Below are positions 63,085-64,000 of a stretch of 64,000 nucleotides of DNA, piece after piece. Origin of the DNA: Gemmatimonadota bacterium (lineage in GTDB: Bacteria > Gemmatimonadota > Gemmatimonadetes > Gemmatimonadales > GWC2-71-9); the NCBI GenBank assembly GCA_039586815.1, contig JBDHJR010000015.1, positions 2,367 through 66,366 of the forward strand, written 5' to 3'. The translations under genes and the position numbers were made by a program. A model generated the notes under the pieces. That model worked only from the letters and a program-made list of their open reading frames with translations, ran no database searches and was not told where the DNA came from. How positions within the stretch are numbered: the first letter of the stretch is position 1; every line of letters begins with the position of its first letter.

Positions 63085-63116
63085 CAGTGGTGGTGGCGAT
63101 AATATCGTGTGTTCGT

Positions 63117-63142
63117 CGCCGGCTCCCAGCCGGCGTTTCTGT
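63117..63142 (+). terminator. Intrinsic terminator after the glycan operon
   Basis: CGCCGGCT-CCC-AGCCGGCG (8-bp stem) followed by TTTCTGT. Confidence 0.6.
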
Positions 63143-63165
63143 GTGGGGGCTCTGGAGGAAGAGAC

Positions 63166-64000
63166 TTGCGACTCAAATTGAAGCTGTTGGGGGGTCTGCT
63201 GCTGCTCCTGGGAATCGCGCGCCCGGCGGCGGCGCAAGACCGTGCCACACTGCGTGGCTGGGAGGAGCGTGCGCGGCACACGATCTTCGACCGCGCCGGC
63301 ACCTACTATGGGCGTCTCAGCGATCAGGGCATCCTGCAGCGGTTCAACCCCGACATCGACCGGGAGTACCACCTCGATCTCGTCTCGTTCGCGTTCTCGC
63401 TGGCCGAGACGTACGAGTGGTACCAGCGCGGCGCGGGCGTGCGCTTCTGGGCCGGGTCAATCGATCACCTGCGGACCGTACAGAACGCGCAGATCGCCGG
63501 CGTCGTGGGCCTGGGCGGCGCTTGGGCGGCGCGGGCACAGTTCACCCACGAGAATACGCTGGGGGCCGACCGCTCCCTGATCGAGCTGCAAGTCAACCGC
63601 AAGGTGTTCGGCGAGAACGGCCTCGCGTTCGGATCGATGACGCTGACCCCCAGCAAGGCCGAGATGGACGTCGAGCTAGGTGTGGGCATACCGCTGGGCG
63701 AGAGCCGCCTCACGGTCGCCGTGGCGGCACTCGACGTATTCAGCAACTTCATCTATCAGGGAATCGGAGTAGAAGGGGTGTCCGACACGACCCTCGACTA
63801 CACCTCCCTGCCCTTCACGGCGCGCACGGCTCTGGATGCGAACCTCTCCGACAATTTCCGCGGCGAGCTGTTCGCGCTCGCCATGACGCCCACGCAGGTG
63901 GTCGTACGCGAGGGTGGGCCCGAAATCGGCTTTCAGCAGGATGAGCGCTACGCATACCTCGGCGGTCTGCTGGAGTGGCACCCCTCGCCTGCTGCCTCGG
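63166..64000 (+). CDS. 5' fragment of a secreted hypothetical protein; continues past the window end
   Basis: TTG 63166 lies 7 nt after GGAGGAA. Signal peptide LRLKLKLLGGLLLLLGIARPAAAQ. The frame is open to nt 64000. It is absent from the ORF track because no stop lies in the window. Confidence 0.6.
   Translation, partial: MRLKLKLLGGLLLLLGIARPAAAQDRATLRGWEERARHTIFDRAGTYYGRLSDQGILQRFNPDIDREYHLDLVSFAFSLAETYEWYQRGAGVRFWAGSIDHLRTVQNAQIAGVVGLGGAWAARAQFTHENTLGADRSLIELQVNRKVFGENGLAFGSMTLTPSKAEMDVELGVGIPLGESRLTVAVAALDVFSNFIYQGIGVEGVSDTTLDYTSLPFTARTALDANLSDNFRGELFALAMTPTQVVVREGGPEIGFQQDERYAYLGGLLEWHPSPAAS

Noticed and set aside
44466-63165. tRNA-flanked genomic island hypothesis for the glycan locus.
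   Set aside because: There is no integrase, no visible direct repeat of a tRNA 3' end, and no obvious GC or codon shift by eye. The tRNA 3' ends point away from the locus.
63087-63944. 285-aa plus-strand ORF listed in the track.
   Set aside because: Arg/Gly-rich with no signal or motifs. A different frame starting at TTG 63166, with an SD and a clean signal peptide, stays open to the window end and is the better gene model.
1-64000. CRISPR arrays, IS elements/transposases, prophage genes, toxin-antitoxin pairs and rRNA genes.
   Set aside because: I looked for regular repeat-spacer patterns, terminal inverted repeats and the characteristic protein motifs in all ORFs. None were found.

Overview
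High-GC (~68-70%) bacterial chromosomal window with very dense coding; the lineage cannot be assigned from sequence alone. It has two parts. (1) nt 1-43,355 is an almost unbroken run of about 42 minus-strand genes. Most are core housekeeping genes, often joined by ATGA/GTGA start-stop overlaps: recN, nadK, dxs, ispA, xseBA, folD, rny, zapA, pheST, rplT-rpmI-infC, rsmA, an RsbU/RsbW/RsbV-type partner-switching module, pta, coaD, rsmD, recJ, dnaG, mutS2, a HIT protein, dnaJ, hrcA, hemW, dprA, obg and an asparaginase. These are followed by a MacAB-like HlyD/ABC/permease efflux set, rocD, two small paralogous membrane proteins and a lipoprotein hydrolase. (2) After a strand switch (unknown membrane protein, bactofilin, tRNA-Val and a CAT-anticodon tRNA), nt 44,779-63,084 is a large uncharacterised glycan biosynthesis locus. 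It holds an FkbM methyltransferase, a WecA-like initiating transferase with an extra C-terminal domain, about 9 GT-B glycosyltransferases, a SAM methyltransferase, a pyruvyl transferase, a Wzx-like flippase, a GT-C (ArnT/PMT-like) enzyme and a Wzy_C/O-antigen-ligase-family protein. Twelve of these genes (49,103-63,084) form a spacer-free, translationally coupled array. The most unusual signal not explained by gene calls is a dispersed family of ~7-nt-period G3-tract arrays (GGGAAGN / GGGAACN). These meet the G-quadruplex consensus. They lie in frame in unrelated CDSs, in the ispA-dxs spacer, and as an inverted pair inside mutS2. One is a perfect (CGGGAAG)x4 array inside a glycosyltransferase of the glycan locus. 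No CRISPR array, IS element, integrase or prophage was seen. All functional calls come from motif and architecture recognition by eye; no database search was run.
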